Translations under genes and position numbers: made by a program | Source: Phoronis australis | Taxonomy: Eukaryota; Animalia; Phoronida | Assembly (NCBI GenBank): GCA_002633005.1 | Contig: NMRA01000339.1 | Span: forward strand, 268,685 to 332,684 | Length of the DNA: 64,000 bases | Direction: 5' to 3' | Shown: one piece after another, positions 15,001 to 25,978 of the stretch | How positions within the stretch are numbered: position 1 is the first letter of the stretch | How the letters are laid out: each line of letters begins with the position of its first letter | Notes under the pieces: generated by a model | What the model was told of the DNA's origin: nothing | Seen by the model: the letters and a program-made list of their open reading frames with translations, nothing else | The model's database searches: none

Positions 15001-18000
15001 ATAAAATCGAGTTATTGTTACACAACAGCTCTCTGACAGCGAACACTGAATTAGCGTGCGCTCACACGGCCTCTTTGCCCGGTCAATTAGCTTATTGCCT
15101 CTAAAGCCGGTAACGCATTGATTTATTCATTGCTGGCTTCTCAAAACATTTGCACTCACGAACACTCCAAGGCATTACAAATTGTATCTAATGAGACAGG
15201 CTTTGTTTCAGTTTTACACAAGCATTGGTTAAGGTGAGAGTAATTCATTTTGAAACAGAACGCACAATAGCCTAATAAACGTCAACGTGAAAGTGGCAAC
15301 TCGCAATACCGATAATGGAAACGACTAACGCTTGCGTTCGCTGCCACGAAATTCCGCAGGTGAAACGCCTTCTTGGAGAAGCACAGATATGTCTCACGGA
15401 TTATTCTGATTTTGCACTGCATCTAAACACAGGTGTCAGTGCTTACGACGTTTTTAGAGGGCTGAGAAAAAGAAGTGGCAAAAACATCCTACAACCAGAG
15501 GACCAAACAAGCCTCACGAACGAGCCAGTCATCAAACGGGTTATAAAAAACGCCTTGAATTAATTGTAATTGTTTATGTTTGCATGCCCAACTACAATTT
15601 TCCATCATCAAAAACTGATCAACAACCAATCCGACGAAATGCAGGCCACTGACAGACACGGCGAAGTTTCACGGCCTCATACTTGGTATTATTATCGGCG
15701 TATTTTTCATTCTTCACTACCGCGAGCCACTTCCGAAGCATTATGGGCTCTCGAGGAAATCGAAAAAATGATGTACCCGTTTTCCTCGCTGCTTCATAGT
15801 TCGCACATGCGGGAACGATGCACCACACCATAGCGGCACTCACTCTGCAGAAGAACCAATGATGTCGCTGCGTCGTTTCTCACCTTCCTCACAGGTTAAC
15901 GCGACCCCTCTCGGCGAGGTAAGATCGACCGTACACGAGGTGATGTGGATATAGAACGATTAAGACGGTAAAAAGATTATTTTTAAATAATTTAAAAATC
16001 GGGTGGCATTCTCCTTTAATAAGGCAAATAAATGCAGAATAATTTTAATCGCATACGCATACAAAAAAATGCATTCCGCCTTAATCCGAAAATTGTTTCG
16101 AAAATGGGCTTAATATATTTCAATAAAATTGGCTGATTCATTATCAGTTCGTTACCCTACAGTTGTTCAGATGTCGCAAATAGCAATACAGCTGCAAGCT
16201 GTCACCAGTCAAAAACTTCACAAAAACGTGAAAATGGTAATAAATAAGTGTGCCGGAAAGTTATGATCGTCGGCCCTTCGGACTATCGGGCCTTGGAACC
16301 ATTGACTGTGGAAATTTCATTCCAGGCTAGAACCGCACGTTTAATTTAAAACACCTAAATTGTTCTAAACTAATGTTTAACGTTATAACACCACTTATCA
16401 AATTTTTCGGCATATAGACTTGTGATTTCATTGTTCATGTGTTCACATCTACTGTCTTCTCATTTTTAATTTTTGTTCAACAGGAAATCGGGCACCAACA
16501 TCATGGACAATCTGTTGCAGCGTATGGAAACGTACGCGAATAACCTAGAAGCACTTGTCGAAGAGAGAACGTCTCAGTATCTTGATGAAAAACAACGTGT
16601 CGAAGACCTTTTGCACAGATTATTGCCAAGGTTTTAAGAACATTTTGAAAATATTTGAAGTGGATGTAGGATAATCCAGTCGTTGAATGGGTGGATTAGC
16701 TGACCGGGGGCTTAGAATTCTAGAGGATAGAGCAATTTCCACCCATTGTCACTTGAAGTCTCGTTCAGTGTAAACTCATTCCAAGTGGTGAAAGCAATTA
16801 TGTGGCCGGGTATCCACGTTCGACTCCTTGACCCACAGTCCCCGAATCTTAAATCATTGGTATAATTCCATACCGCCGTCCTGAAGCTCCACACAAGCAG
16901 CGAGAATACATGTACTACACACTCGGTGATTAAACGTCTGGCAATACCCAGGGACTGGATTTCTATCAAAACCTAAAGAAAAGGTTTGGAATTTGGCCCC
17001 ATTGTCTTAAGTTTGGTCATTGAATATAGATTTCTTTCTGTGCTTATACTTTTTCAAACAAAGTACATGTAACATAGTGATATAATGTTCTCTTATGAAC
17101 GTAAACGAAGGATACATGTACCCTTCAGCTGTGACTGAATAGGGCCTTTGTCTCTTTTGCTAGATCAATCGCTCAACAGTTACAGGCAACAGGGCAGGTT
17201 ATCCCGGAAGCATACACCTGTGTGACAGTCTACTTCAGTGACATCGTTGGCTTCACCTCACTTTCTGCCGAAAGTTCTCCATTGCAGATTGTTGATTTCC
17301 TCAATAAGCTCTACACAGTATTCGACGAAATTGTGGACAGCTACAATGTGTATAAAGTATGCCACCGGGGTATTGGTGTACATGTACAGTATACAAGAAA
17401 ACGTGATCATAGTATTTTTTCATTTGGCCAGTCTAAGATCAAATTACATTGTCAGGACTTCCTCGATAGCATAAGTATAGCAGAGAATCTTGTCAAGATA
17501 AAATAAAACATAAGGCATTTTATTCCTGAAGTCCAATGTTCTAGTTCCAGCAGCACCATTTTTGATAGCTGGTTTTTAATATTTCAATATACTAACTGTT
17601 ATTTAATTAAAATATCCCCTTTTCAAGCTTCTGTAATTCAAGAACGATTTTGATTCATTTCTTATCAGTAGGTTTGTGAATTAGATTTATGAAAAATGCA
17701 GATTTTTAACTCGTGTAGAAAGTAATTAAAATCGAAATTTGAGTTATATTCCAATCTGTCAGTGATTAGGTCAAGTGGCCATTATTGTAATAAAATTTAG
17801 AAAAAGAAACATACCAAGCGGCACCACATTAACCATTTTTCTTTCGATGTAATGTTTCAATTTACTATTTTGTAACATTTTCGAAACTTTTGAACTTTTT
17901 CATTGACAATCTCTATGGATATGTCATAGAATTTAAGACTAAATGCATTCCCATCAGTGAAAATAATGAAATATGATGTTCCGAAGTTAGTCAGTTATAT

Positions 18001-20637
18001 TACTTTCCTGAATGACTCTTGTTAAAACGTTACTTGAAGCGTTCGAAACCAATGCGTCGTCGACGTTATAGAAGGCGTACGTACTAAGTACATGTATAAC
18101 ACGCTTTCGTTCAGGTTGAAACAATCGGGGATGCTTACATGGTGGTGTCTGGACTACCAACAGTTATCCCCAGTCATGCGGAGGAAATCGCCCAAATGTC
18201 GCTGAGCTTATTGGAAGCAGTGAAAGTGTTTGAGATACCGCACCGACCTGCTCAAATGATGGAAATCCGAGTGGGAGTTCATTCAGGTTCGTTGGCAGTT
18301 AGATTTCAATTTATCGATCACTGGAAATTTTTTAAGTACAGACGAATTTCTGTTCTCTAATATGTTCCTAAATTTTTTTCACAGCTTAATCACCATTTCC
18401 AAACCTAAACCTTGGTTACATTTCGCCTTGTGGGGGCACTCAGAATTGTCCTCAACTGAGATTGTGAATCACCTGAAACTTGTTAGGAAATAACCGACGT
18501 CCAGTTAGTTAAAGTACCTTTACGTAATACTCCAAATAAAGTCATTTTGCGTTGCAGCAGTCATCTATATCTAAATATGTTAATACATTTAAATTAAATA
18601 TTTATCGGCCTACAGAATGAAAGTTTACAGAGTTCTTGAAAAAAATTCGGTGGCAGTGCCTGTAAGCCAAACATCATTCGTTCATTGACTTATATCACAA
18701 AATAAACTTTGTGTGCGTAGTGTAATACCGGGAATCTTCCAACTAGCAGTCTCATTTCTATTTCCATAGGGCCAGTTGTTGCAGGTGTTGTAGGCCACAA
18801 AATGCCCCGGTACTGTCTGTTTGGAGATACTGTGAACACAGCCAGTAGAATGGAAAGCTCCAGTCAAGGTAAGCTTTGGCCACGGTAAATATTCCTCATG
18901 TACAACACTTACTGTTTAGTATTGCAGACTGACGTATACCTATGCGATTCACTGCATGCGCGCACACAGGGGGAGGGCTAGGGGGGCTCGAACGAGCCCC
19001 CCATTTGGCGAAGTGGGCAAAAAAGGTCCGCCTCTGAGACACAATAAGTCCGGGAAAATGTGACAAAAGACCACTAACAAAACGCGCAATTCAGGGTGGT
19101 GCACCCGTTGTTTTTTTTTTGTCCGCCCGCTTTTTTGTTCACAAAATGTCCACACCGTCAGGAATTCGAGCCCCCTCCATTTTGGGTTGCGCGCATGCAC
19201 TGGAAAGAGTATTAGTCCTCTTAGTCGCACTTTACATCTATGCCAAGGGACCTTTCCTAGAGACTGACCGAGTTCATTTTGACTTACTGTAAGTCTAAGA
19301 TTTGTTTCAACTTCCAAATTTGAAACTTCCGTATCCGTCATGTTAGTTAAAGTCAACACAAAACCCAATTTAAAAACAAAAGTAAAAATTAGGATCTCTT
19401 TTCAGACAAATATTAGCTTTTTATCTTTAAATTGGCTGAAGTTTAAGATTGATCATAGCTAAGTCAATTTTCTAGGAACGGGTCCCAGGTTTCTAAAACC
19501 GGAAACCCGCACTGTTTAAGTTAATCAATTTGTGACTTTCGTGGTCTCTCACCTTAAGAAAAAAAGTCCAATGATATATTTCAAATTGCCAGGAAGTCTT
19601 ACTTGAGACATGCATTCACATGAATCACGTCCATGTTCTCAATTTCCGTGAAATTATGAGCTTAAACTGACGATGCACTTTAGAGTAATTCAGTAGCAGC
19701 AACAGCAGCAGCAATAACAGTAGCAGCGACCACAACAACAGCACCAACAATAGCAGCACAACCATCAACAATAACATCGTAAGAGTTAGCAGCAGCAGAA
19801 ACATCAGCATCATCAGCAGAAAGAGCAGCTCCAGCAACACCAATAACAGCAGCAGCAGCCGGCAGTAGAACACCAGTTGTCAATGCATTGTTAGCAACAG
19901 TCCCGCTGCTGTTGAACAATAGCTGTTGTACCAATAAATGACTGACGTGCTGTTCAGCTAAGTCTAGTTTTTTGTTTTCAGCCAACAGAATACAGCTGTC
20001 TCCCGCAACTGCGGCCATACTTTCTGAAGTGGAAGGATATCACGTGATATCACGTGGAGAAATTCAAGTGAAGGTGAGTGCAGTTGTGTAGTTTGGATAT
20101 GCTTCGACCTGTCTGGCTAGAAAAGGGAAACCTTTGTGTGAATGATTTACTAAATGTGCATGATATTACTTAATATATGAAATGCTGCCAGTGTAATTTC
20201 AACTTGTACTGTTTATTTTCGAAAAGAATGTTTGACATTCTCAGTTCCCCACGTGTATGCAACTGTTCAGTCGACAGTAAGTCAAGTTTTTAGTAGTAAA
20301 ACATGCGTTAGACCTCAAATACATGTAGTTGCTTCTGGTCTGTTTTTAAAAAGATAATTTATCAGGTGCATTATTTAAGTTGTTCACTTTTCAAAAAAGA
20401 AAATCCATCTGAGACGATAAAAATGATGCTGGATGCTACATGTACAAGAACCAACTATAATTTTTGGCTTCATCACAACTTTCTAGAACTAGCATCTTAT
20501 CTCAAGTTAGGTCTTGGCTACGCAAATACATGTAGTCTGAATACTTTTTTCAGGGAAAAGGAGTTATGGAAACCGCCTGGCTGCTGGGTTACAAAAGTGA
20601 CAAAGTAACCGAAAAAAGTTTGTCGTCTCACGTCTGA
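1..20637 (+). CDS. Receptor-type (membrane) guanylyl cyclase, NPR/GC-A/B-like; 5'-truncated multi-exon gene
   Basis: Exons <1-86, 2015-2111, 2762-2858, 3318-3473, 4236-4340, 5300-5371, 5554-5695, 13076-13225, 13501-13681, 16484-16630, 17164-17356, 18115-18286, 18770-18868, 19982-20073, 20554-20637 are all GT-AG and phase-compatible. They give juxtamembrane [14 protein letters not shown], a TM helix, a kinase-homology domain, coiled coil [16 protein letters not shown], and cyclase motifs [22 protein letters not shown] and [19 protein letters not shown]. Confidence 0.96.
1158..1240. repeat. Degenerate (CCCTAA)n-like tract, probably a repeat-element fragment
   Basis: cctaatcccaacccaaactctaaccctaaccctgatcctaatcc. 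Confidence 0.5.
2015..2111 (+). CDS. Guanylyl cyclase exon: transmembrane helix ([24 protein letters not shown])
   Basis: ttttag acceptor, gtaaga donor, hydrophobic run, phase 1/2. Confidence 0.9.
2762..2858 (+). CDS. Guanylyl cyclase exon ([20 protein letters not shown])
   Basis: Conserved post-TM W-R-I motif; cag/gtgaga boundaries. Confidence 0.9.
3318..3473 (+). CDS. Guanylyl cyclase exon: kinase-homology N-lobe (GVPVFIKK...ELKQ)
   Basis: tttag/gtacag boundaries, phase 0/0, VAIK-like motif. Confidence 0.85.
4236..4340 (+). CDS. Guanylyl cyclase exon ([13 protein letters not shown]...YCSKGSLE)
   Basis: Kinase-homology subdomains IV-V; 105 nt; tag/gtaggc. Confidence 0.93.
5166..5242. mobile_element. 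Short inverted-repeat element (MITE-like)
   Basis: Terminal inverted repeat catgggcggcgca / tgcgccgcccatg; no TSD seen. Confidence 0.5.
5300..5371 (+). CDS. Guanylyl cyclase exon ([24 protein letters not shown])
   Basis: 72-nt phase-0 exon with the typical receptor-GC motif. Confidence 0.93.
5554..5695 (+). CDS. Guanylyl cyclase exon ([22 protein letters not shown])
   Basis: Pseudokinase HGNLK..NC motif; cag/gtaagt. Confidence 0.93.
7609..7774. mobile_element. MITE of the cagtggcggat...atccgccactg family
   Basis: Degenerate TIRs (ggcggatgcagg / cctggatccgtt); flanks gtatt/gtact form a near 5-bp TSD. Confidence 0.6.
7790..10951. mobile_element. ~3.1-kb non-autonomous DNA transposon with long degenerate TIRs (~7790-8125 vs ~10540-10951)
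   Basis: The reverse complement of 8062-8110 matches 10558-10607; gtgctcacaatt and cggctactttgt...gaagatttaac blocks also match in inverted, collinear order. Confidence 0.75.
12040..12278. mobile_element. ~240-bp MITE (CATGCGCGCAC termini), copy 1
   Basis: TIR catgcgcgcacc / ggtgcgtgcatg; exact 5-bp TSD tgaca; homologous to 18955-19197 and 43109-43351. Confidence 0.9.
12520..12810. repeat. Low-complexity (CAC/TAC)-rich tract
   Basis: Degenerate accacc/actact trinucleotide runs, including a (TACATG)3 stretch. Confidence 0.6.
12838..12987 (+). pseudogene. Degenerate tandem duplicate (pseudo-exon) of the adjacent GC intron end and exon 13076
   Basis: Shares tgtagttc..actaca, gtatgcgtt.cactgccaacgacagc, tctgctgtgtacg..aagga.gcagctgacgta and tgggattatc with 13004-13164; acceptor tttAG is changed to tttTG. 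Confidence 0.8.
13076..13225 (+). CDS. Guanylyl cyclase exon (LWKAPECLR...[13 protein letters not shown]...GPF)
   Basis: Subdomains VIII-IX; tttag/gtaatt; phase 1/1. Confidence 0.93.
13501..13681 (+). CDS. Guanylyl cyclase exon (PLLRP...[12 protein letters not shown])
   Basis: Subdomains X-XI; ttttag/gtaagt. Confidence 0.92.
14188..16015 (-). mobile_element. Kolobok-type DNA transposon, non-autonomous, with THAP-domain relic
   Basis: Perfect TIR aggagaatgccaccc / gggtggcattctcct flanked by TTAA (14184-87, 16016-19); AG...CT termini; internal THAP-like ORF. Confidence 0.88.
15619..15831 (-). pseudogene. THAP (C2CH) zinc-finger relic of a transposase
   Basis: MVWCIVPAC...SFFRFPRE...RKWL...RVC, followed by LHF in a shifted frame. 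Confidence 0.8.
16484..16630 (+). CDS. Guanylyl cyclase exon: signalling helix ([25 protein letters not shown]...LLP)
   Basis: Hallmark coiled-coil motif; cag/gtttta. Confidence 0.95.
17164..17356 (+). CDS. Guanylyl cyclase exon ([12 protein letters not shown]...YNVYK)
   Basis: First metal-binding Asp motif; tag/gtatgc. Confidence 0.96.
18115..18286 (+). CDS. Guanylyl cyclase exon ([15 protein letters not shown]...IRVGVHS)
   Basis: Guanine-specifying Glu and second Asp; cag/gttcgt. Confidence 0.96.
18770..18868 (+). CDS. Guanylyl cyclase exon ([30 protein letters not shown])
   Basis: GC signature motif; tag/gtaagc. Confidence 0.97.
18955..19197. mobile_element. ~240-bp MITE, copy 2 (opposite orientation)
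   Basis: TIR catgcgcgca / tgcgcgcatg; exact 5-bp TSD cactg. Confidence 0.9.
19247..19486. mobile_element. MITE with GGGACC termini
   Basis: gggacctttcctaga / tctaggaacgggtccc inverted ends. Confidence 0.6.
19690..19900. repeat. Degenerate (CAG/CAA)n microsatellite
   Basis: agcagcaacagcagcagcaataacag runs inside a GC intron. Confidence 0.9.
19982..20073 (+). CDS. Guanylyl cyclase exon (NRIQLS...SRGEIQVK)
   Basis: ttttcag/gtgagt; RG.I.VK motif. Confidence 0.93.
20554..20637 (+). CDS. Guanylyl cyclase last coding exon ([12 protein letters not shown]...HV*)
   Basis: GKG.M.T.WL motif; TGA at 20635-20637. Confidence 0.9.
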   Translation, partial: GKGVMETAWLLGYKSDKVTEKSLSSHV

Positions 20638-21109
20638 CGCTGTCAGGGAGAAACTGGTGAGGGCATCGCATTCATAATTCAGTATTGATTTCCCTAGGAA
20701 ATGTGTGGGGGAAACAGGCGAAGAAAAAAACTACAACTCCATTAATTGCCACCTGACTTTTGCCGGGAACAGAGGGACGTAGGTGCAAATGCGAGAGGGC
20801 GGAAGAAAGCTGTTGACAATCACAGGGGTACACATGTCTCGACAATGTTTCGGGGAAGACAGAATTAGACCCGAAGAATCTCGGTGATAAAATGAACACT
20901 ACTGTAAGATGGAACTTGAATACATGGCAACGTCAAATCATCGTAAGTTGACGAAATATTCAAATGAAATACGTGGACCAGGTCCTGAAGCCGTGATACC
21001 GCACATTAGATTGCGTATAATTTTGTGACGTCGTTCCTGTAGTAGTTTAGTTGTAGTAATATGAAGACATTTTTACATGGCGCAATGAAATTTCTAAAAC
21101 AGAAAACAC

Positions 21110-21900
21110 TTAAACTGCTACTATGAGGGGCAGAGCGGTAGTCGGATCGGTCCGAAACCCATCGTCACCTTTCGTCAGCTTCTCAGGAACTCATCTGTCA
21201 ATTCTTATTAGGATACTGCAAGGAGTTTATGAGATACAGCAGCGGACACCGGATACCCGGATATCGAAAGTGGACCATAACGGGCGCATAATAATGGCCG
21301 CCAGAAGGCGCAGAACACGTTGAATCCGTCCAAACATTAATACGTCGTTGTCTTCTAACCGATTTGCCAAATTTCACTAAAATATATCCATGATCTCCGA
21401 AGATACAGATGGAAACAAAAAATAAATGGCCCCTAGGGAACGTATAGCAGTAGTCAAACTGGTATGATACTCGTCGTCATCTCAGTGTTGTCAGCTCCAT
21501 GAGGAACACATCCGCCAAATTTTCGCAAAGATTTTGCAAAAGGTAAAGGAGATACAGCCGCGAGTGGATAAAACAGGAGACTTCAGATCAAATCCATCCT
21601 AAAATCAACGTCAACTACGGTCTCCTCGTCAGTAACATATAAGTGAATTTTTATGATGATCCTTCAAGAGGCTTGGCAACGCCAAAACACGGACACAAAA
21701 TATAAAATGCCCACTTGATGGCGCAGCGGTACAATCCATCCAAATATGGGAAGGCATCGTCATCTCCTGAAAAGAGGCCTATTTGCCAGATGTCAGGCCC
21801 TCAAGTAACTCCGTAGATGCATTATGTGTTAACTCGTCATGAGTCGTCAGTTTCGTAGGGACACATCTACTAAATCTCATTAAGATCCTGCAAGGGTTTC
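21110..21900 (+). repeat. Degenerate tandem-subunit interspersed repeat (same family as 28280-29077)
   Basis: Recurrent aaatggcc.c.ag..ggcgca...atccgtccaaa...cgtcatct units at about 21117, 21297, 21429 and 21710. Confidence 0.6.
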
Positions 21901-21902
21901 AT

Positions 21903-22463
21903 CTCGTTGGCTCCCTGCGCGCCGCTAGGTGGTCGGTAGCCAGCACTCAGGTGTCACTTAATTTTCCTCGGGAAATTTTTTTACACCGGCGTTTTTGATT
22001 GGCTAGTCGAATTCTCAACTAGGCAGCGCCTTACGCAAGCAAACTGGCATGACTGATAGACTGAAGTACAAATGTGTTCTGTTGGGCAGACAAATCGGAG
22101 CTTAAAAATTTATGTTCAGGAAATGTGAATCCTAGAAATTGTGTTTGCGCCTTTTCGGAGTGCACTGTCTTTCTGCTATCGATGACTTAGTATGTTGACG
22201 ATACTGTCTTGTATTCATACAGCATGAATAACACGCCGTTAAATCGGCCAGATATGTGTTTATTGTACATGTACTGTACATGTATGTGCTTCAAGCACGC
22301 GGCTATCAAACATCACTGCAGAAACGAAATAGTTGCTGCGACGTCACTTGCATAGTCCGCCATTTTTCACGGTGTTGTAAAGCTGAGGTTACATCAACCA
22401 ATGCTAAAGCGCGTGCCACTGCGTGATACTGCGTGTTGGCTAGGCACGCAGGGGACGAGCGAG
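21903..22463. mobile_element. ~560-bp MITE with 9-bp TSD (MULE-like), copy 1
   Basis: TIR ctcgttggctccctgcgcgcc / ggcacgcaggggacgagcgag; flanks gggtttcat / gagtttcat. Confidence 0.82.
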
Positions 22464-22910
22464 GAGTTTCATCTCTGTCACGTTAATATTTGCGGCTTTG
22501 TCAGTGCATTAGCGACGTCACTCAGTGTCGGTGAAGGCATCGTCGTTTAGCTACCGTGACGGCTATATTGTTGCGTTTGCGGTGTTGTTGACAGTGTCTG
22601 ACGTGATATCGTGATCTTACAGTCTTCTGCATCGTCGTTGTTGTCAATATGGAGTCGCTGACCTCTCTTCATTGTCATACTCCCTTCCTTAACCGATTTC
22701 ACCAACCGTACTTGTCGTCGACAGAGCACTTTCATGTTTTTTTTTTTAGTTCTTGATAAAATGCCTTGTCGAAATTCAAACAAAATTTTCAACTTCAGGC
22801 CACATCGTTAATCAAATCTCCGGGTGCACGAAAAGTGAACATCTCAAGGTAGGCAATTACATCGCCATGGATGTCGCAGGTGAAGACAGCTGAGAGGCTA
22901 CGTGTTGCCT

Positions 22911-23524
22911 CTCGCTGGTTCCCTGCGTGCAGTGCCGGTTCACTGCGTGCCGCTAGGTGGGGCCGTAGCCGCACCGGCACGCAGGTATCACTTAATTTTC
23001 CTGGGTAATTTTTTTACACCGGCTTTTCTGATTGACTAGTCGAATTCTCAACAAGCAGCGCTTTACGCAAACAAACTGGCATGACTGATGGACTGAAGTG
23101 TAAATGTGGTCTGTTGCACAGACAAATCGGTAATTAAAATATATATTCAGGAAATGTGAAGCCTAGAAATTTTAGTGCACCTTTTCGGAATGCATCTTTC
23201 TACTGTCGATGACTTTTGTTTGCAATAGTGTCCTGTATTCATACAGTATGAATAACACACCGGTTAAATCGGCCAGATATGTGTTTATTGTACATGTATT
23301 TGCTTCAAGCACGCGGCTATTAAACATCATTGCAGAAACGAAGTAGTTGCTGCGACGCCACTTGCATCAGTGACAAGGCTAAAAATCGTTCACAGTCCGC
23401 CATTTTTTCACGGTGTTGTAAAGCTAAACAATGACTTCCGAGGTTACATCGACCAATTCTAAAGCGCGTGTCACTGCGTGATACCTGCGTGCTGGCTGGG
23501 CTAAGCACGCAGGGAACCAGCGAG
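22911..23524. mobile_element. ~610-bp MITE, copy 2 of the same family
   Basis: Perfect 20-bp TIR ctcgctggttccctgcgtgc; body collinear with copy 1; gtgttgcct on both sides (5 extra nt on the right). Confidence 0.82.
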
Positions 23525-25928
23525 CGTCGGTGTTGCCTAATCTCAACACAGGTGTTACTCGCATAAAATACAAACCACGTTGTTTATTCAGTTTTAACCT
23601 AAGGAGAAATACATCGTTTCTATGCTTAGGGAAAGCCATAACCGTTGTCTCAGTTTCTTAAATAACATTCTCGGCGAGGCATTGTTTTCTGGGATTAGCC
23701 CCAGCGGGAAGGAATCTTCGCGATTGGAGGCAAACGCTATACAGGCGGAGCTAATCCCCTTTCGATAAATGGTAGTGTTTTTTTCGTTTAAAAACGTTTT
23801 AAATGGTAGCCACCGGCCCTTATTTCAATGAATCTCTCAGGGCTGACAACGGCGTGAATTCGTAATAACATCACAAAAGCACAACGGGTTTGCTTTTATA
23901 GCTCTGACCAATGCTGTTACTTCCCAACAGTCCGTCACTACATCCAACATCATTCACCAGAACACGATTTTTCAGTCATAAAACGATTATGGCCCTTTAC
24001 ACGAACATCATATTACCGGCGAGAGAAGTCAGGAATGGTTTCAGAGGCGGATCTACAGCCGGGGGGGGGGTNTCTGCCACTAACAGCCAAAATCTCTGCT
24101 GGCTTAGACAATTCCCACTCGATGAATGGCAAATTATTTTAAAGGCATTTATGTGATGAAGTCAGCGGCCTTGATTTCAGCAACTGTCTGGCAAACAACG
24201 AAAAAAATTTGGGATTTTCATGTTATAAAATCACAAATACACAACAGATTTTGTTTTATAGCTCTGCTCAACGTTAACTAACTTCAGTATGCCTATCGCC
24301 AACAACAACAAACCTAAAATGCGTTTTCGTCCCTAACCGATCTCTCCAGATTTGAGCAGCACCCTACAGAATACATGCACTTCACATGTCAAATACACCG
24401 TAGACATTTTGTCTGTTGTCTAAATTATTCGCACTTCTTAAAATTAAAACTGCCAAAAAATAAGTGTTAATTAAACCACTTACCGCTATAAATCTCGCGT
24501 CAACTAGATTCTTACTCTCATGACCATATGATATAGAAAGATCTGAACCTGTCCAAACGATAAATCAAACAATTCCGTAACGTGTTCACCCACCAACAAT
24601 ATTCATTTCGGCAAATTAGTCGAGTTCATTTTTGACGCATAAAGTATTTTGAGTACTTAAGAAACCCGGCTACTTGTACTCATCCCAGGATTATGCTCAA
24701 ACCAACTTCAACTACAATGTAGCAAGTGCCCCAATAAAAAATGGGTCTCACATTGAAAATTACGAAGATGGTTTTCTGCGATGTGACAGTTATAGTGTTT
24801 CTTAATATAATGGGGCTGGCTATGAACCCGGCTCCACGAAATACAATTTTCAATTCAGACCACTAACTCGCATGTTATTGGTCTCTCATTGTATTTACTA
24901 ATAGTCAAAACAGGTGTGATTTCAGGCCTTGGAAAGACCTGACATTTCGTTATTGCCTGAGACCAAACTATAATGTCGTTCTATTCCTATTATCATCTCG
25001 AGGAATAACGAACTGTCAGTAGCCTACTTGTTAAGACCAAACATCACTCCTCATCATAGCAAGGAAGAAGATGAGGCCTGTTTTACAACAATCAGTGATC
25101 TAAATGAAAATTTAGTTTCTTGCATGAACGAAGATGGGATTATTGCTAGTTTTGTTGTTTGTTCAGATTAATTGTTACTAGTTAAAATATCAATTTGTTC
25201 TATTTGTTGAGGTAATACATGTCTGTTATATTACTATTAGTTTATATCACGTGAGTTTATCTCATCTCTTTAAAACACACCACTCCTACACTAATAACGT
25301 AATAAAGGCGACTTCCACGGCCTTCCATAGAGCATAGGTCAAATGGTCCAGAAGTCACATGAAGTTTTCAATTGGGCAACTGGGTGCTGAGCTCGTCAAT
25401 AAGTAAATTAATTTTTGCACTCATCTCTTAAGAAAGTGAACACAATGTCCCTCACTACAGTAGCTCACAACAGCAGGTTGCTCAGTCATTCATAACTTCA
25501 CTTTTACCACCAGTTTTTAAATGGGTGCACTGCAAACTGTTGATATTATGAAATTTTATGAACGTTCAGTTGTTGAACAGGCCGTTCTACACTCACTTTA
25601 AATACCATTTCCTCCAGTGTAAAATAAATACCGCATTTATTGGATAGCCAAAGCTGATCATCACTTCAAAGTTTTAACTGATATCAAACCAAATCTTGAT
25701 GAATCATTCCGCCACACAATTACCTCTCGGAATCGAGGGAACTATGGCCTGACCTACACTGTGAAATGCGAATCATCAATCTTTTTGAAGTTGTTCTGAT
25801 CCCTCGTTGCACCATTCAGATACAATTTATCAGATGTGTAGTCAGTTCAATCTATCCACTGCCAAAGTTCCGATAACATTACAATCTAGTTCAATCCACA
25901 CAAAAACGATTGTGTCCATTATCGCAGG

Positions 25929-25978
25929 CTATCGAATGGGATCCCAGGAATTCAACAATTCTTTAAACTTTCTCCGGG
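25929..25978 (-). CDS. NDUFC2: NDUFC2 exon 3
   Basis: ttttctattttcag acceptor; RRKFKELLNSWDPIR-TAG. Confidence 0.92.

Noticed and set aside
19625-20018. Poly-Leu and poly-Ala/Val ORFs
   Set aside because: Translations of the intronic CAG/CAA microsatellite.
20036-20056. Tandem palindrome gatatcacgt x2 with two CACGTG E-boxes
   Set aside because: Lies in a coding exon (GYHVISRG) that matches the family pattern; likely chance.
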